Assembly (NCBI RefSeq): GCF_003918875.1
Contig: NW_025767630.1
Span: 310,001-374,000 of the forward strand
Reading direction: 5' to 3'
DNA from: Haliotis rubra
Lineage: Eukaryota
DNA length: 64,000 nt
In this document: positions 1-15,130 of the stretch, piece after piece
Layout of the letters: every line of letters begins with the position of its first letter
How positions within the stretch are numbered: position 1 is the stretch's first letter
The notes under the pieces: generated by a model
Seen by the model: only the letters and a program-made list of their open reading frames with translations
Told to the model about the DNA's origin: nothing
The model's database searches: none
Made by a program: the position numbers and the translations under genes

Positions 1-1289
1 GCACGACGTTAAACCCAATTTCACCTCACCTCACCATGCCCTACGTACATCGTAAAACAGACAGACAGACAGACAGACAAACAGAGAGACAGGCTGACAG
101 ACAGACACACATAGAGCCTGAAAAACAGTGTACATACGTCTACAAAGTACATCCGCCCAGCACGTGTAGTGTAATACGGAAACTGAAGTCCGTATTACGT
201 ATACAATGTATTATCATATTCATGTAATGTTACTGCAGGTGCAAGTACGTAAATCGAGCCTTCTCACGTGTTAACAGGTAGCGGCCTACTCAAAGCTCCA
301 CATCACACGTGCATTACAGCTACTGGAACCGTATACGTTAAAACGGCACCGCTGCATAGTGTTCGGAGCGCCACGAACTCTTAACATCCGCGCATCTGTC
401 TCTAATTTGATGGAGTGATGAAAACCACACGCCCGACGTCTTGGGGAAATTCCCGCACGTGCAAGACCACACTGACCCGCACTGACCAACAAGGCTCCTT
501 GGCCTGGCGAGCCTCGGCGACCTTGTGGTAATTTACTACAGGTTATCAAATATTAAACAAAGAGGTCACTCCAGAACAAAATGGCGTGTACTATCAGGGA
601 TAATCTACAACGTTATATAGTATCCCTGGTGCTATAAGCCAGGTTTTATGTACCTCATTCAGGAACTGCAGAGATGAAACTTATTCAAGATGTCGCTTGA
701 TCAGAATTGGATTTGAGATTGTATGATTGTATGAGCGTCATTGTCACGTGATCATATCCAAGGTGATTAATTAGCTTGGCTGTCATTTCAGCTCAGTGGT
801 GAAGGCGATCTGTCAAATGACTAAACAGTGACCAGAACAGATAAATGTCAAATATATATGGGCAGATCAATCTTCATTTGGAGACATTACTCGAGAAAGT
901 AAGTCTCTAGTGTACCGTTCAGGTGACAAAATTTACACCTGTTCGGTAAGAGGTGTGTGTAACGAATGGCATTGTGGGAAATAGAGCCATCAGTGAAATA
1001 TGTTAAACCTGTGTTCAAAATCTTGATATAGTGCGTTAATTGATAACAAATACATATATCTGCTTCACCTGGCTGTGATATGGGTGAGTGAGTGAGTGAA
1101 CTTAGTTTTACGCCGCTTTAAGCAATATTCCAGCAATATCACGGTTGGGGACACCAGAAATGGGCTTCACACACTGTACCGATGTGGGGAATCGAACCGG
1201 GTCTTCGGCGTAACGAGCCCCAACATGGGATTGTTGTAACCATATCACCTGTAGATGAGATCAAGTCCAGCGATGGTGTGAAGTTCATG

Positions 1290-3004
1290 ACATTATCAGT
1301 GAATCACAGTCTGGTTTTAGGGCTGATTATTCAACAATTGACCAAATTTTTTCATTGCAGTCGTTACTTCAAAAATATATTAGCAAAAAAAGGGTTAGAT
1401 TTTATTGTCTCTTTGTAGATTTTGCCAAGGCTTTTGATACTCTAAGGCATGATGTTCTTATGTTCTCATGTTCTTTATGAAGCTGGTATACGAGGTAAAT
1501 TTTTTATGCTGTTAACTTCTATGTATAGTTCTTTATCAGCTTCAGTCAAGACATCTAAGGGTGTATCAAATAGTTTTTATTGTAAAATCGGTACTCGCCA
1601 GGGCTGTGTTTTGAGCCCTCAGATTTTTATTATCTTCATAAATAAGCTATGCAGTCTTATGGAGTTGGAAGGAGGTCAAGGTATTACAGTTTCTTTTTCT
1701 ATTAGCAATCTCTTTGCTGATGATGTGTCAGCAATAGCTGACACCTGTGCACAGCTGCAAAAAAGGATCAATGTACTTGGTAAATTTTGTGAGCAAACTG
1801 GTATGAGCGTGAATCTAAAGAAAACTAAGATTATTGTTTTTAGAAATGGTGGTCCCTTGCGCTCATATGAAAATTGGTTTTATAATGGCAATGTTATTGA
1901 AACTGTATCCTTTTACAAGTACCTTGGAATTATGTTCACTCCTAAATTATCCTGGAGTAAAGCTACATCTTGCCTTGCATCACAAGCTAGTAAGGCAATA
2001 TTCTCTGTTAAAAATTTCCAAAAGGGAAACTTGGCAGCATTAATTGTGCAGATTTATTTAAAATCTTTGATTGTATGATATCACCCATTCTCTGTTATGG
2101 GTCTGAAATCTGAGGCACATCCTACTGTAATGCTATTGAATCTGTCCATATCAACTTCTGTAAATATGTCTTGAAACTTGGAAAATCCACCTGTAACAAT
2201 ATGGTCTTGGGTGAATGTGGAAGAGTGCCTTTACAGTTTACTTATACAACCAATGCAGTGAAATACTGGTGCAGACTTCTAAACATGCCTGACTATAGAT
2301 TACCAAAACAATGTTATTTTATGCTATTATCTTTAGACAGGGTAGGACGAAATTCATGGGCAACTAGAATGAATAAAATATTCTTTTTCAATTTGGTTTT
2401 GGATTTGTTTGGATAAGTCAGGAAATTGGTGATCACAAAATATTTATGGAATCATTTAAACAGAGACTACATGATAATTTATTTCAATCTTGGCAATCAT
2501 CTTTGGACAGTAAATGTAAATGTCTTTACTATAAGCAATTCAAATCTTTGTTAAATGTTGAGAGCTACTTGATAAATATTGATATCCCTCAATATTTAAA
2601 AACTATATATGCCCGATTTCGGTGCTGTAATTTTAAACTAGCAGTTGAAACGGGCAGATACACTGATGTTGCATATAATGAAAGGCATTGCCTGTTTTGT
2701 AAATTAAATGGTATCTTCGTTGTTGAAGATGAATGGCATGTGTTTTATATCTGTGATGCATATTCTCATATCAGAAATAAGTACAATATTTTAGTAAATG
2801 TCCATCAATTATTAATTTTATATCAATATTACAGAGTAAAAATGTTAATATTATCAAGGATGTATGTCTATTTTTATACTTTGTTGACAAGAAACACAAA
2901 TCTAAATGAAATATATATGTGCTCTACTTATTATCAATTTATGTACATGTATTTTGGGCCGGAGGCCTGTTACTGAAATAAAATTCTGTTCTGTTCTGTT
3001 CTGT
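1290..3004 (+). mobile_element. 5'-truncated, frameshifted non-LTR retrotransposon (RTE-X-like ORF2: RT plus C-terminal Cys/His region)
   Basis: Motifs ESQSGFR, FVDFAKAFD, RQGCVLSP, LFADD, YKYLG, GECGR, FRCCNFKLAVETGRY, CLFC...EDEWH across several frames; ends in AATAAA plus (TTCTG)n tail. Clade assignment is inferred. Confidence 0.88.
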
Positions 3005-4144
3005 TATTGAAGGGGAGAGGGGGTTTGGGTTGATTGATTGATTGATCGTTGTTTAACGCAGCACTCAGCAATATTCCAGCTATATGGCGGCGGTCTGTAA
3101 ATAATCGAATCTGGACCATACAATGCAGTGATCAACATCATGAGCACAGTTCTACGCAGTTTGGATACGATGACATGTGTCAACAAAGTCAGCGAGCCTG
3201 ACTACCCGATCCCGTTAGTCGCCTCTTACGACAATCATGGTTACTGAAGATCAATTCTAACCCGGATCTTCAGGGGTCAGGGGCGTTGGAGGTGGGCGTG
3301 GCACGGCTATAGGACGGCGACCTGTAATTCAGTCTCTCCTTGATTAGTTAATCGCAATTGTAAGCGAGGAGCTGGCTTACCTCTAAACCCAGGGAGTATA
3401 GCTTAGAGGGGAGTGTGATCGCCTGTTAGGGATTCTATTCCAAAAAGGTTTCGATAATAAATGTTACTGTCAACCACTCTAACTGTAATAAAGTTAGCCC
3501 ACTTCAAAGCACTTAGCTGGGTCAAGGTCGCCGTTGATATGAATCATTTTCTTGGGGCCAAATCTTGTCTTCCTTTTGACCTTCTACGACATACCGTGCC
3601 ATCTCAGCCAACACCAGGGTTGTGGGGTAGCCTAGTGGTTAAAGCGTTCGCTCGTCACGCCGAAGACCCGGGTTCGATTCCCAAAATGGGTACAATATGT
3701 GAAGCCCATTTCTGGTGTCTCCGCCGTGATATTGCGGGAATATTGTTAAAAGCGGCGTAAACCTAAACTCACTCATCCACTCAGTATCCAATAAGTCATC
3801 TCGGCCATCAGCTAGGAAATAATTTACAGGTGACATTGACATTCCAACGCACAAACTGACACGTATGTAAATATTACTCCATAGCAAATTAAATTACTAA
3901 TGTCTGACTCCTATTTACAACAAAACACCTTTTCCAAAGAATGACCGTCATGTTGGACAAACTACATATTCATGCGAGCATCTGTTGATATACGGCTTAC
4001 GGTGAATTAATGCAATACCTCTACTCTGGATCCATTACTGCCCGAGGCGTCTCATTTTACGTATGTAACGGAATAAGCCGAGTCAACCCGAATGGTGTCG
4101 TGACAGTTCACTGACAACTCAGCTCACATGCGTAAGGTCATTAG

Positions 4145-4294
4145 TGAGTGAGTGAGTGTGGTTTTATGCCGTTTTAGCAATATTTCGGCAATGTCATGGC
4201 GGGGGCTTCACACATTGTACCCATGTGGGAAATCAAACCCGGTCTTCGGCGTGACGAGCGAACGTTTTAACCACTCGCCTACCCTACCGCCCCA
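4145..4294 (-). mobile_element. SINE family A copy with 12-bp TSD
   Basis: TSD TAAGGTCATTAG at 4133-4144 and 4295-4306. Confidence 0.9.
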
Positions 4295-7004
4295 TAAGGT
4301 CATTAGACCGACACCGCCCATTACATATTAGTAGACTTACGTGTATTCCTTGATTATATTTAATAAATATATATATTCACAAAATGTAAATTATTAAAAC
4401 CAAAGGAAACCAGAACAATGTCTGATTTCCTTAGAGCTGAAGCAAACAACAGCCCAAACATTCTGGGCTGGAGTTAAATGGCATTGCCTTTTAATTGGCT
4501 GTCTACAAGAAGTCCAGTAATCTAAATCTCTCCCTAACACTGTTTTCAAGTCTTTGGAAAGCATGTAGAAGTGCTACATTTGAGAATGTATCGATGTCAA
4601 CTTTTTCTATTAAAGAAACACTATCAACTATTTTTATATAGTATAATATTACTTCGGCCCAGTCCTTTCTGTAATCCTCTAATGAACCAAGTCTAGATTT
4701 TCCATATGTTCTGATCTCTCATCTTACTGTGGCCCCTTAACATGCAGTTGTTTGTTAATAATGTATTTTCAGAGACTAAACCTAAGTCAAGATGCCCAGC
4801 TGCCTTCGCGAGTCCGAACAGACAAACTCTTAGTCTCGAAATAAATAATGCTTTTGATAAAAACAACTTACTGTATTTAAATTGAACCTGGAAAATAATC
4901 GAGACTTGCTTCATTTAGGGCTGTTGCATTGCAGAAAGGGCAAGCCAGAAGGGATAATGATATGGCTCGGGACTGCGAGACCGACTCCAGTCTGAACACG
5001 ATGACCCAGCAGTCATGACCTGGGCGTATACAGCCCCGGCAGCTGATGGTGATACTGCCGGGCACGTCGTTGACGCCACACAGCGTCCACTTGAGGAGTA
5101 AGCAAATCTACATGCACATACATGATGGATGTTAGAAGCAGTTGTTCAGATGAGCCAACAATTAGCGACTCTTCTGTCGCCCTGTAATCGACAAATCCTA
5201 CCGCACACTCAAGTTATTCTCCGCCAATACCTGCTACATGACAGCTTCACCGCGGCTTTACTGACGTGAAGATATGTAAACACACTTCACTTGCACTGCA
5301 TTAGACGTAATTATATGGGTAAACACAGGAACGAATAGGTTTTTAGAATGTGCATATTTTACCAGGATGTTTGTGAACGAATACAAATTGGACACAATTA
5401 AACATGCATATTTGAAATAACATTCCATCGTGTAAATAGACCAATGATTAATATAGGAGCGTATATTAAAAAATAAACAGATGAATGAAAGAATTACAGA
5501 TGAAGTAACGAACAAACAAGCGAACGACGAACAAAGGATGTTCAAAGAAAGAATGAACGATAAAAAACACTCAGATAAACAAACAAACAAACAAATATAT
5601 TAGGAAACAGACAAATGTGTCAAAGGTCAGTATATATACTCATATTATAATATAATTTCACATGATCAATTTTCTTAACATCATTTGGCTCGTTTCAGTA
5701 ATATCGGAATTAAATCCAGATCACGGTATGTCGAAGTGTTATGGACATGTGTGTGTGGTTGTGGTGGGGAATGGGGGTGAGGGATTGGGGGGTGCTGGTG
5801 GTGGAGTAGAGTAGGTCCCCTGTGCCTCTCCTTTGTCTCAACCCTGTCACCCATCTAACTAGGTCATGTCACCAACAGTAAACTAGCCACAGTATCATAT
5901 TTCTTACCTGGACAAAGCCCAATGACCTTGCTCAGGTGAGATTAATACCTGTAGCCCATTACACCTGGATGAACTGAATTCCGCAGTTAATTAGTTTTTT
6001 ATTTATTTACAAACAGAGCATGCATGCATTTTGTAAAGTACAGAACACAAAAATACAACATTCGACCACATCATCAATAGTTAACGCACCGACGCGTACA
6101 CCTACATATGAATGATAATTTGTACTTTCAAACATTATTCGTATTAGGACTGTTCTAGCAGGTGTGTTTTTGAGAGTGCATCTATCTGATGCACGAACGC
6201 TGCTAGAAATATAATGCAAACATTCTCTCGCCACGAACAGGGCAGCGGGTGCCGAGTTTTGGGCTGCGTGGCCAGGGGGACAAAACACTGGGAAACTGAC
6301 TATAGGGGCCAACATTACACCTGAACACACCTGACAGTTACCAGCCTTGTCGGCGTCAATCTGGCGTGAAGGGTCCACGGCCCAGCAACATATACCGTAT
6401 ACAATGTAAAAAATCAGGTAATTTATATTTTTTTCGCATTGATATATTTTACAAATATCATGTGAGAATTATGCTTTTATGTTACTAATATCATATTAGA
6501 ATTATTTTTATGTCGAATTCGGTTTCGATAAAACATTGACGACCAACAGGGGGAAACAATAGGTCTACCGAGAGTTATGAAGGCAATTGTTTTAAAAGTT
6601 AAATCTAGTTGTGTTTTTGCCAAAGAACATTGCCGATCGTTGTTCTGGAAATTAAGGACTGGTTTGCCTGGTCCAGGCTCGAACACTTAATGCTTCGGTA
6701 CTACTTCGAACCCCATTAGTCTCCAATAGGTCATGCATTACTTGGGGCTTTCCTCCCACAGCAAGGTGAAAGGGGATGAAGTAGGTTTACCTTCAATACT
6801 GATCAAACGGCTTAAATTTTATTCGCCTAGCTACTCTCTCACAGCGGCGCTGAAACAATTCTCTGTTTAACGCATATCATGTATATCGTGTCTCGGGGAC
6901 TAAACACTGGAGATACACATTGTGTTGTTGGCTTAAATATGTAGGTCTTGAATTATCAGTGTAGGTTTTGGTGATCAAAAGTTGAGGTTTTGATTATCGC
7001 AGTC

Positions 7005-7370
7005 TCGATGGCTTGATTATCACAAGTGGGGTGGCGTTAGTACAAGGAGGGTGATGGCGTGATTAACACAAGCATAGTGGCTTGATTGTGACAAGCTTGA
7101 TGGCGTGATAAACACAAGCATGGTGGCTTGATTCCCACAAGGGTGATGACGAGATTAATCCCAGCATAGTGGCTTGATTCCCACAAGCGTGATGACGTGA
7201 TTAACACAAACATAGTGGCTTGAATGTGACAAGCTTGATGACGTGATTAACACAAGCATAGTGGCTTGATTCCCACAAGCTTGATGACGTGATTAACACA
7301 AGCATAGTGACTTGATTCCCACAAACGTGATGACGTGATTAACACAAGCATGGTGGCCTGACCATGTCAA
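7005..7370. repeat. Minisatellite, 23-bp monomer alternating as a 46-bp dimer
   Basis: GATTAACACAAGCATAGTGGCTT alternates with GATTCCCACAAGCGTGATGACGT. Confidence 0.9.
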
Positions 7371-10300
7371 GTTTGAGTGATTTATTTATCACCACCTTGA
7401 TACACCTTGAATAAAACAAACATGTTTGTTTGTCTTTCGGATTGAGCAATACCTGTGGAGCTCGAGCAAAGGTTCCCGGGTTATTTTCTCCAATAGAAAA
7501 AACACACGTTATGCAGTCGATACTCAATTAGATGCGATTGGTGATCGCGTATTCGTTCGTTCCGGTTCTGAGCTGTGCACAACCAGTCTCTGCTTAGGCC
7601 CAGAGTTGCTTTTCCGACTTACATGCCCAGATCTGTACTTGTCTTCCAGGCCCAAGAGAATCAATTGAATAGGAAGCCATCTCAAGGCTAGAATGATTTG
7701 ATTTCTAGATTACCTCAGCTCCTGAAATTACGGATTATCCTCGGGCCCATTTACATTTTTTTAGATACATATTTTTGAATAGATTCTTATTTCAGGGACG
7801 AAATGCCAGTCTTCCCAGCACGCAAAACGCAGCTTAAGCAAGATTATTATTTTGGGGTAACTACAGTACGGTATAGGGTGATCTCGCCGCCGGGGTGATC
7901 TTTAAGTTCGGAAAACGGCACATGCCCCGATCAGCTGATTGCCCGCCAGCTGATTGTCAAACGGCCCGTCGAAGGGCGTGGCGCCAGCCCCATGTCACCA
8001 CAAGGTTGAACAAAGTTGACATAGGAAATTCATCAAATAATTTTCCAGCTGCTTTTATTTGCAGGCGTTTCATTCGCAAAACGATGTGTCAAACACCTTG
8101 AATAACTAAACCTCATCATATTTTGATCTCCATGTGTATTGTCTGGGAGATTGAATGGGCGTTTATTCTTAAAAATACGAAAGATTCTGAGTCAAATATT
8201 CAGATCTGGCCCATTATTAATGGAACATAGCTACGTTCGGATGAACAACCTTATTAAATGTAGCAGCAAAGTTCCAACAAAACAGTGTTAATGTATGATA
8301 ATTGTACAACCTATTCGTGTTAAGCATAAAATAAAAGTGAAATATGTTAATTGTAGATTCACAAGTCGGAACTACTGCAGCAGTTTTCCTGGAATCAGGC
8401 CATAACAGAAGTCTGTGTGAAACCATTCAACAACAAAGCTATGTGATATTATTCACGAATGTATTTTCTAAAATTAACTGAGTATAATTTTAAAGCATAA
8501 ACTTTTCATAATTTGTATGTACAAAATGCCTGACCCCCCTACCTAGTACATGTGCACAAAATTGATGACCCCCCTACCTGCCCGTTGTCTAGGGTACTCT
8601 TTGTGTTAAAAGTGAATGACCTGCTTCTTTTCCCCACGCCCCGCTCGTTAGATATAGCTGTTCTTAACGACGGGAAACAAGCCTTACCCCCAGCTCACTC
8701 ACTCACTGTTGTGTACACAAGGGGATGTAAACAGTTGAACAAAACGTATTACTTTTACAAAAATGAAACTCTGTTTTTGTCTTATGACGTATGAACCGAA
8801 ATTGTCGGCCTGCACCAATATTCATGCAAGTTTACCAATGCACGAGTTTTGCACTTGCACAACGTGTAAGATGCATAATATGAACAATAAATTCAAAACA
8901 TTGATTACACAACAGTCTCGTTTCCTGCTGACTGGGTTCCGTCCTATTGCGCAACTTAGTACAATAACCAGACCATAATTTTGAGACCAACTCATTCAAC
9001 TGGATATATTAATATTAATCAGTATTATTTGATGCATTTCAGCACTTGTATATTGCAACACTACGCTCCTTCTAATCCTTACAAACACGTCGTGCAGCGT
9101 GCTCTACCGTACAGCGTGCACTGACAAACGGAAATCTGGAAATCGCGGAATCTCGAAACGAGGCTCGGCCGCTAGAAAAGTTTGGCAGTCTGGTACGGAC
9201 TTGATATTATATCATTCACTCTGTACGTTACCAGAATACACTTAATAAGCGCAAAGAGCACATAACAGTTGTAACCAGTGAGCCAGATGAGTTGTGAATC
9301 ATTGTACGACCTCTTCAAACAGGGGCAGTCTGTGACGTCTTTGTTAAGGACATGCTGCCTAAACCTCGACATAAAATATAGAAATACGATTTTCTTAAAC
9401 TTTAAAATTAAAATTAATTTGTAACTACCCTTTCTTATGAAATAAGGAATTGGAATTTAGTGTAACCATAGTTGTTTGTAATGTCTCTTTTCACTTTCAC
9501 ACGAGAAAATTCGGGTCGGCTGAAAGGTAGGTCATTGTCTGACTTGGTTAATGAGACTCATGTTTCGGTTTGCACGTCCGTTATTTGTGCCAAAATAAAT
9601 AAACTGCCGGTTAAAAGTGAGTGAGTGAGTAAGTGGGTGAGTAAAGTTTTACACCGCTTTTCGCAATATTCCAGCAATATCACGGAGGGGGACACCAGAA
9701 ATGGGCTTCACATATTGTACCCAGCCAGGTAAAAGCAATTATACACCTGAACACAGGATTTGATACAGTTTTAACAGACTGTCACCGAAACTGTTAACTT
9801 GTAAAACTGAACTGTGATACTGGCACCACATACATCACCATTGAAAAAAACATTTCATTTTTATATATTTTTTAACAACCACACACATAGGTGTATAGTT
9901 TCTTTTGAAGGTCAGTATGGTGAGGAGGTAAACAGGGTATGCTTATCTGGGTCTGGCCGTCACTGTCGCATCGTACACTGATGAACGACGGTGAATACAT
10001 GCAAGCCATTGCAATGAGTGTCAGCTAACGGGATATCTATAAGCTGGTCCTTAACCGACTTCGTGACTGAATGGTTCATGACGGAACTTTAAATATCCAC
10101 TTCCTGAACACGATCGAATGAGGCATCTGAACATTTTAGAACTGGGTAAAATGTCCTAACAGTCATTGCCTGGAAAAACATTCGGATGAACGGATTACTG
10201 GTATTAAGATTAACGTACATTTGAGTTGTTCAAGAGAAGAAACGTTTCGAGTGAGTGAGTGAGTTAATATTACGCGTCACATCGGCAATATATCAGCCAT

Positions 10301-11197
10301 ATCCTTATAGTGAGTGAGTGAGTATGTTTTTTACGCCGCTTTTAGCAATGTTCCAGCAATATCACGGCGAGGGACACCAGAAATGGGCTTCAGACATTGT
10401 ACCCATGTGGGGAATCAAACCCGGGCCTTCGGCGTAACTAGCGAACGCTTTAACCACTATAGGCTACCCCATCGCCCCAGAAACGTGTTGAAAATGGATT
10501 ATCTGCCACATTGCATTTGCCGATTACAGAGTGACAGAATAGACGCTAATTGCTGGCTCATCTGAACAACTGCTTGTTACTTCCATTATGTATGCACATG
10601 AAGATTTGCTTACTCATCAGCTGATTGCTGCGCAGCCCGGATGTAACGTCATCGACGTCGGCGTACCTTTGAGTAGCATTTGGAAGTGATACACACACGA
10701 TAACACATAACATCCATAACTTCCCTGACTTTCAACGACACGTTTTTTATGTTTGCTATACGTTTATCCATGTTATTTGTAAGTTTAGTGTCTGGAAAAC
10801 AAAGTGTGGAAAACACCGTATTTTCGCGCAGGAGGCGTGGGAGAGATGCACAAATACTGATTATGGTTTCAGAGGACGAGCGGGCCCTATCGATCTGCAG
10901 CTATGTGGTAGTCGGCTGCTTGTGGGGAACTCGAGAAGTGTTGACAGACATCACCAGCCGCGTCATCGTTTTGTATGTTTGTTTGTTTGTCAATGCACCA
11001 CACGGCGATATTGCAGCTGTATGGCACCAGCCTCTTAATAATCTGTTCTGGGCCAAGGCAAACCGGTGATTGATATGACAACGGTCATACGCTACTGTAG
11101 TACTCTGACTGGCCATTAAGCAGATTGCAGAGCTTACCCCATCCTTCAAGTCGCCTTTTAAAAAAGAACATATATGACTGGAGAGTTCTCTCCAGGA

Positions 11198-11199
11198 AT

Positions 11200-11264
<65 letters not shown>

Positions 11265-11640
11265 GTACGTGTGTGAGAGAGACGTACGTGTGTGTGTGTG
11301 AGAGAGAGAGCGATAACAGATGGATAAGAGAGAGAAGAGTGTGTGTGTGTGAGAGAGAGAGAGAGACGCACGTGTGTGTGTGTGAGAGAGAGAGCGATAA
11401 CAGATGGATAAGAGAAGAGTGTGAGAGAGAGGTACGTGTGTGTGTGAGAGAGAGACGTGTGTGAGNNNNNNNNNNNNNNNNNNNNNNNNNNNNNNNNNNN
11501 NNNNNNNNNNNNNNNNNNNNNNNNNNNNNNNNNNNNNNNNNNNNNNNNNNNNNNNNNNNNNNNNNNNNNNNNNNNNNNNNNNNNNNNNNNNNNNNNNNNN
11601 NNNNNGAGAGAGAAGAGTGTGTGAGTGAGAGAGCAATATG
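11198..11640. repeat. Compound (TG)n/(AG)n microsatellite containing an N-run (11466-11605)
   Basis: Visible directly in the sequence. Confidence 0.95.
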
Positions 11641-14600
11641 TGTGTGTTTGTGTTTTATATTATATATAATGACCATTCGGGTTAGACAGCTAATATGTGT
11701 AGCGATATAACACTGCATACCATATTTTCGGTACTCTGCCTCAGGGAGAATTTAAATTTCAACATAGAGCGACAGTTTCGTGTACTTAATGTGAATTTAA
11801 ACCTCGGATGTACAATGATGACTGTCGCGAGGCTGAAGGGGATGAAAGACGGAGGCGACGTAACACGCCCGCAGACGAATGCACCTGGAATGTAGTATAT
11901 GTAAGTACAGATATGTATCGCACCAGTGACCTTTTTGTGTGGCGTAGGTGTAAGGGTCGGTGCGTGCACACGAGAAGGGGAAGGTTGCTGTGTGCGGAAG
12001 GTGTATGATATCGCCTTGCTGGAATGATGATAATGATGTGTATCTTTACTGATAGTAATTCTTTACAGATGTGTGACGGTTTCCTCGACCTAAACATACG
12101 TGTACGTCTTCACAGGGATTGAATACATGCAGGTGGCGGGGCATATCACGAGGCTGACATCTATGACGCCGTCTCGAGTGAACAACATCGATTTTGTTTC
12201 TTGACGAAGACCGAGTGGTTGGGATGAGGTGGTGAACTGACCTGACCTTGAAGCGACGACGTTGACTGCAGCACGTACACAGTTGGCCTTTTCAACGACG
12301 CATCATTATATCTCCAATGTGTATTTAAAGCGCTTGTGCGAGTCACTGGTATAACATCGTATAATTGATGTTGTTTGTTTCGTGTTGGGGGAAATCGTCT
12401 TTTCGATTTCGCTTTGAGAGTCGTAAACGCGAGTACAGCGATATGTATAGTTCTATAACTGCCGTGACGTTTTACGCCGCAGCCAGAAATATCCCAGGCA
12501 TATCTTGGTTAGTCATATCTAATCTGTGATAGGAAGCGAGTGATGTATCCACAACGTGGTCTGACGACGTTACCCGTGGCCACAATGACTATGCTATACT
12601 GTGTGGAGGCTGCATGTGTCCAATAATGATTCTTCATATAATAATAATCATGATAACACATAAGAGCAGGGTTCAGGGCGGAGTCAAGAGAGGGGATCCA
12701 AAAACATACGGTTTGTCTGTTTATTATTTAACGTCGCATCGATCAATCCAGTGGTCAGCAGCATGAGCGTCAATCTACGCAATTGGGACACGATGACATG
12801 TGTTAACCAAGTCAGCAAGCCTGAGCCCCCGATCACGTTTAGTCGCCTCTGACGCATGGGTTGCTGAAAACCAGTTCTAACCCGGATCTTCACCGGTAGT
12901 AATTATCAGACTAATAACACCCACCCCACCATCCACCCCCAAAAAAAAGAAAGAAAGAAAAAGATGCAGGCAAGCAGGGTGATCATGGAAGCGTAGTTCC
13001 AACGATCCACCCAGTATCGAGGTATGATTCACAATGACCCATTTTTTTCAATAAGACCTCTGACGTCACTATGTGCGGCAAGTTTTGGCATCAATTAAAG
13101 TCACGAGTGTTGTATGTTTTGAATTAAACACAATACGTCGAATGGAACTGGGATCATCAAAACATCGGCGCCTCATTTACCGGTTGCCTCCCTTGGGTGC
13201 GCTAGGAAACGATGATGTTTGATTTATATTCTTGATTCGCCCTGATTATGTTTCTAGGTTTGGCAGCACCGAAGTCCATCACGCAAAATACCGGGGTGTC
13301 TGTGTGCAAGGGGNNNNNNNNNNNNNNNNNNNNNNNNNNNNNNNNNNNNNNNNNNNNNNNNNNNNNNNNNNNNNNNNNNNNNNNNNNNNNNNNNNNNNNN
13401 NNNNNNNNNNNNNNNNNNNNNNNNNNNNNNNNNNNNNNNNNNNNNNNNNNNNNNNNNNNNNNNNNNNNNNNNNNATCCGAGCTTATACCGAAATGAGACC
13501 CTTTAAAGGCCCAAAATATTGAAAATTTATGTTTAAAACTATGGCTCCTGCTTAGAGTTGTGTCAGTCGTAACGGGATCGAATTGCACGTAATAAAATTG
13601 CGAAAGAAATATGAAAGGATGTACCATGGAAAGTATTTTATCGATATGGATGCGGCGACTCCCTCCTACACAGCAGTCGGAGATGTCCCTGTCTGGCATA
13701 ATCAGCGTGACTCATCATTGCTCCGGATCTAAAGGTCAGTTTCATCTGACATAGTCAGAAATAGAAGACACCTCCGTGAACGGTGTACAGCTACATCACC
13801 GGACACCGGACCAGCAACGTGGATAAACAGGATCATCAGTTATGACATTCTCAGCATGGACCGCGAAGCGACATTGACAACGTCGGCCTGCACGTGCTAC
13901 CCACCTGACATGCCGTGTATCTGACGTCCTTTTGACCCAATGTCTTTGACTGATCTGTTACCAGGCCCGCTTCATCACCTTCGCTAGCAGCAGCAATGGC
14001 GTTTTATGACAAGGAGTTTCCGATGTGCAGGATCCTTCAGTGACGATCGATACTGCAATTACATAAGCTGAGTGGGTTATAGCCCAATGGTGACGCGTTC
14101 GCTCGTCGCACATGTAATCATTGTTCGATTCCTGGGTTCAGTAGTGTTCATGTCTTCAGAGCGGCTTAAACTCTACTAATTCATTCTACGTCAAAGGGGG
14201 AAGATAAATTTCTTGCTGTCTTGCTGACATGATGTGACATTGTACATTGGCAACGTGTGACACGCAACACTTTAACTCACTCATTGTAACGGGACGGTGG
14301 GATAGCTTAGTAGTTAAAGCGTTCGCTCGTCACGCCGAAGACCCGGGTTCGATTCCCTACATGGGTACAATGTGTGAGGCTCATTTCTGGTGTCCCCCGC
14401 CGTGATATTGCCGGAATATTGCTAAAAAACTGCGTAAAACCAAACTCAATCTAAGTCTAAAACCAAGTCAATACATATTTAGAACAGTGTGCCTAATTTT
14501 TCTACTGCGAACACAACATATCATATAACTGTTATTTCTTGTTTGAAAGTTGTTTATCATTGCATTTACCAATATTCCAGCTATGTGACAGCGGTATGTA

Positions 14601-15130
14601 AATATTCGAGTATGTGAGGTGAGGTGAGGTGAGGTGAGGTGAGGTGAGGTGAGGTGAGGTGAAATTGGGTTTAACGTCGCGCTGGAGAATATTTCGCTCA
14701 TATGACGACGTGCAATGACATGCATGGGTACAATGACATGCATCAGCCAAGTCAGCAAGGCTGACCACCCGATCCATCTGGACCCACCTGGACCATCGCC
14801 TAATGCTGCTTAACTGTTTGGTGGTACTGGTGACTGACTGACAGAACGCTCTGGACCCCCTCAGTCGAGCTCTGTAGGAGTGAGTGAGTAAGAGAGTTTG
14901 GTTTTACGCCGCTTTCAGCAATACCAGACACCAGAAATAGGCTTTGCACATAGTACCCATGTTGGGAATCGAACCCGTGGTCTTCGTCGAATGTTTTAAC
15001 CACTAGGCTACCCCACCGCCCCAGCCCCAATGGGATTCATATTGGGTCTTCTGTGGGAGTTTGCTGGCCTCTTCAGGGAGAGCATGTTCGTCAAGCAACT
15101 TTGTTCGGCATTGTTGCCTTAACCATGCAG

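Noticed and set aside
3618-3690. tRNA-like SINE heads as tRNA genes
   Set aside because: There is no acceptor-stem pairing, and they continue into a shared SINE body and tail, several with TSDs.
4919-5100. GC-richer segment with possible splice sites (candidate host-gene exon; 240-540 is similar)
   Set aside because: All three frames have stops between the candidate splice sites and there is no recognisable domain; it cannot be supported without RNA-seq. No exons of an intron-containing parental Awh gene were recognised in the window.
11085-11718. ORFs over (TG)n/(AG)n tracts and N-runs (also 13202-13699, 42782-43150, 51157-51507)
   Set aside because: They are microsatellite or gap artefacts.
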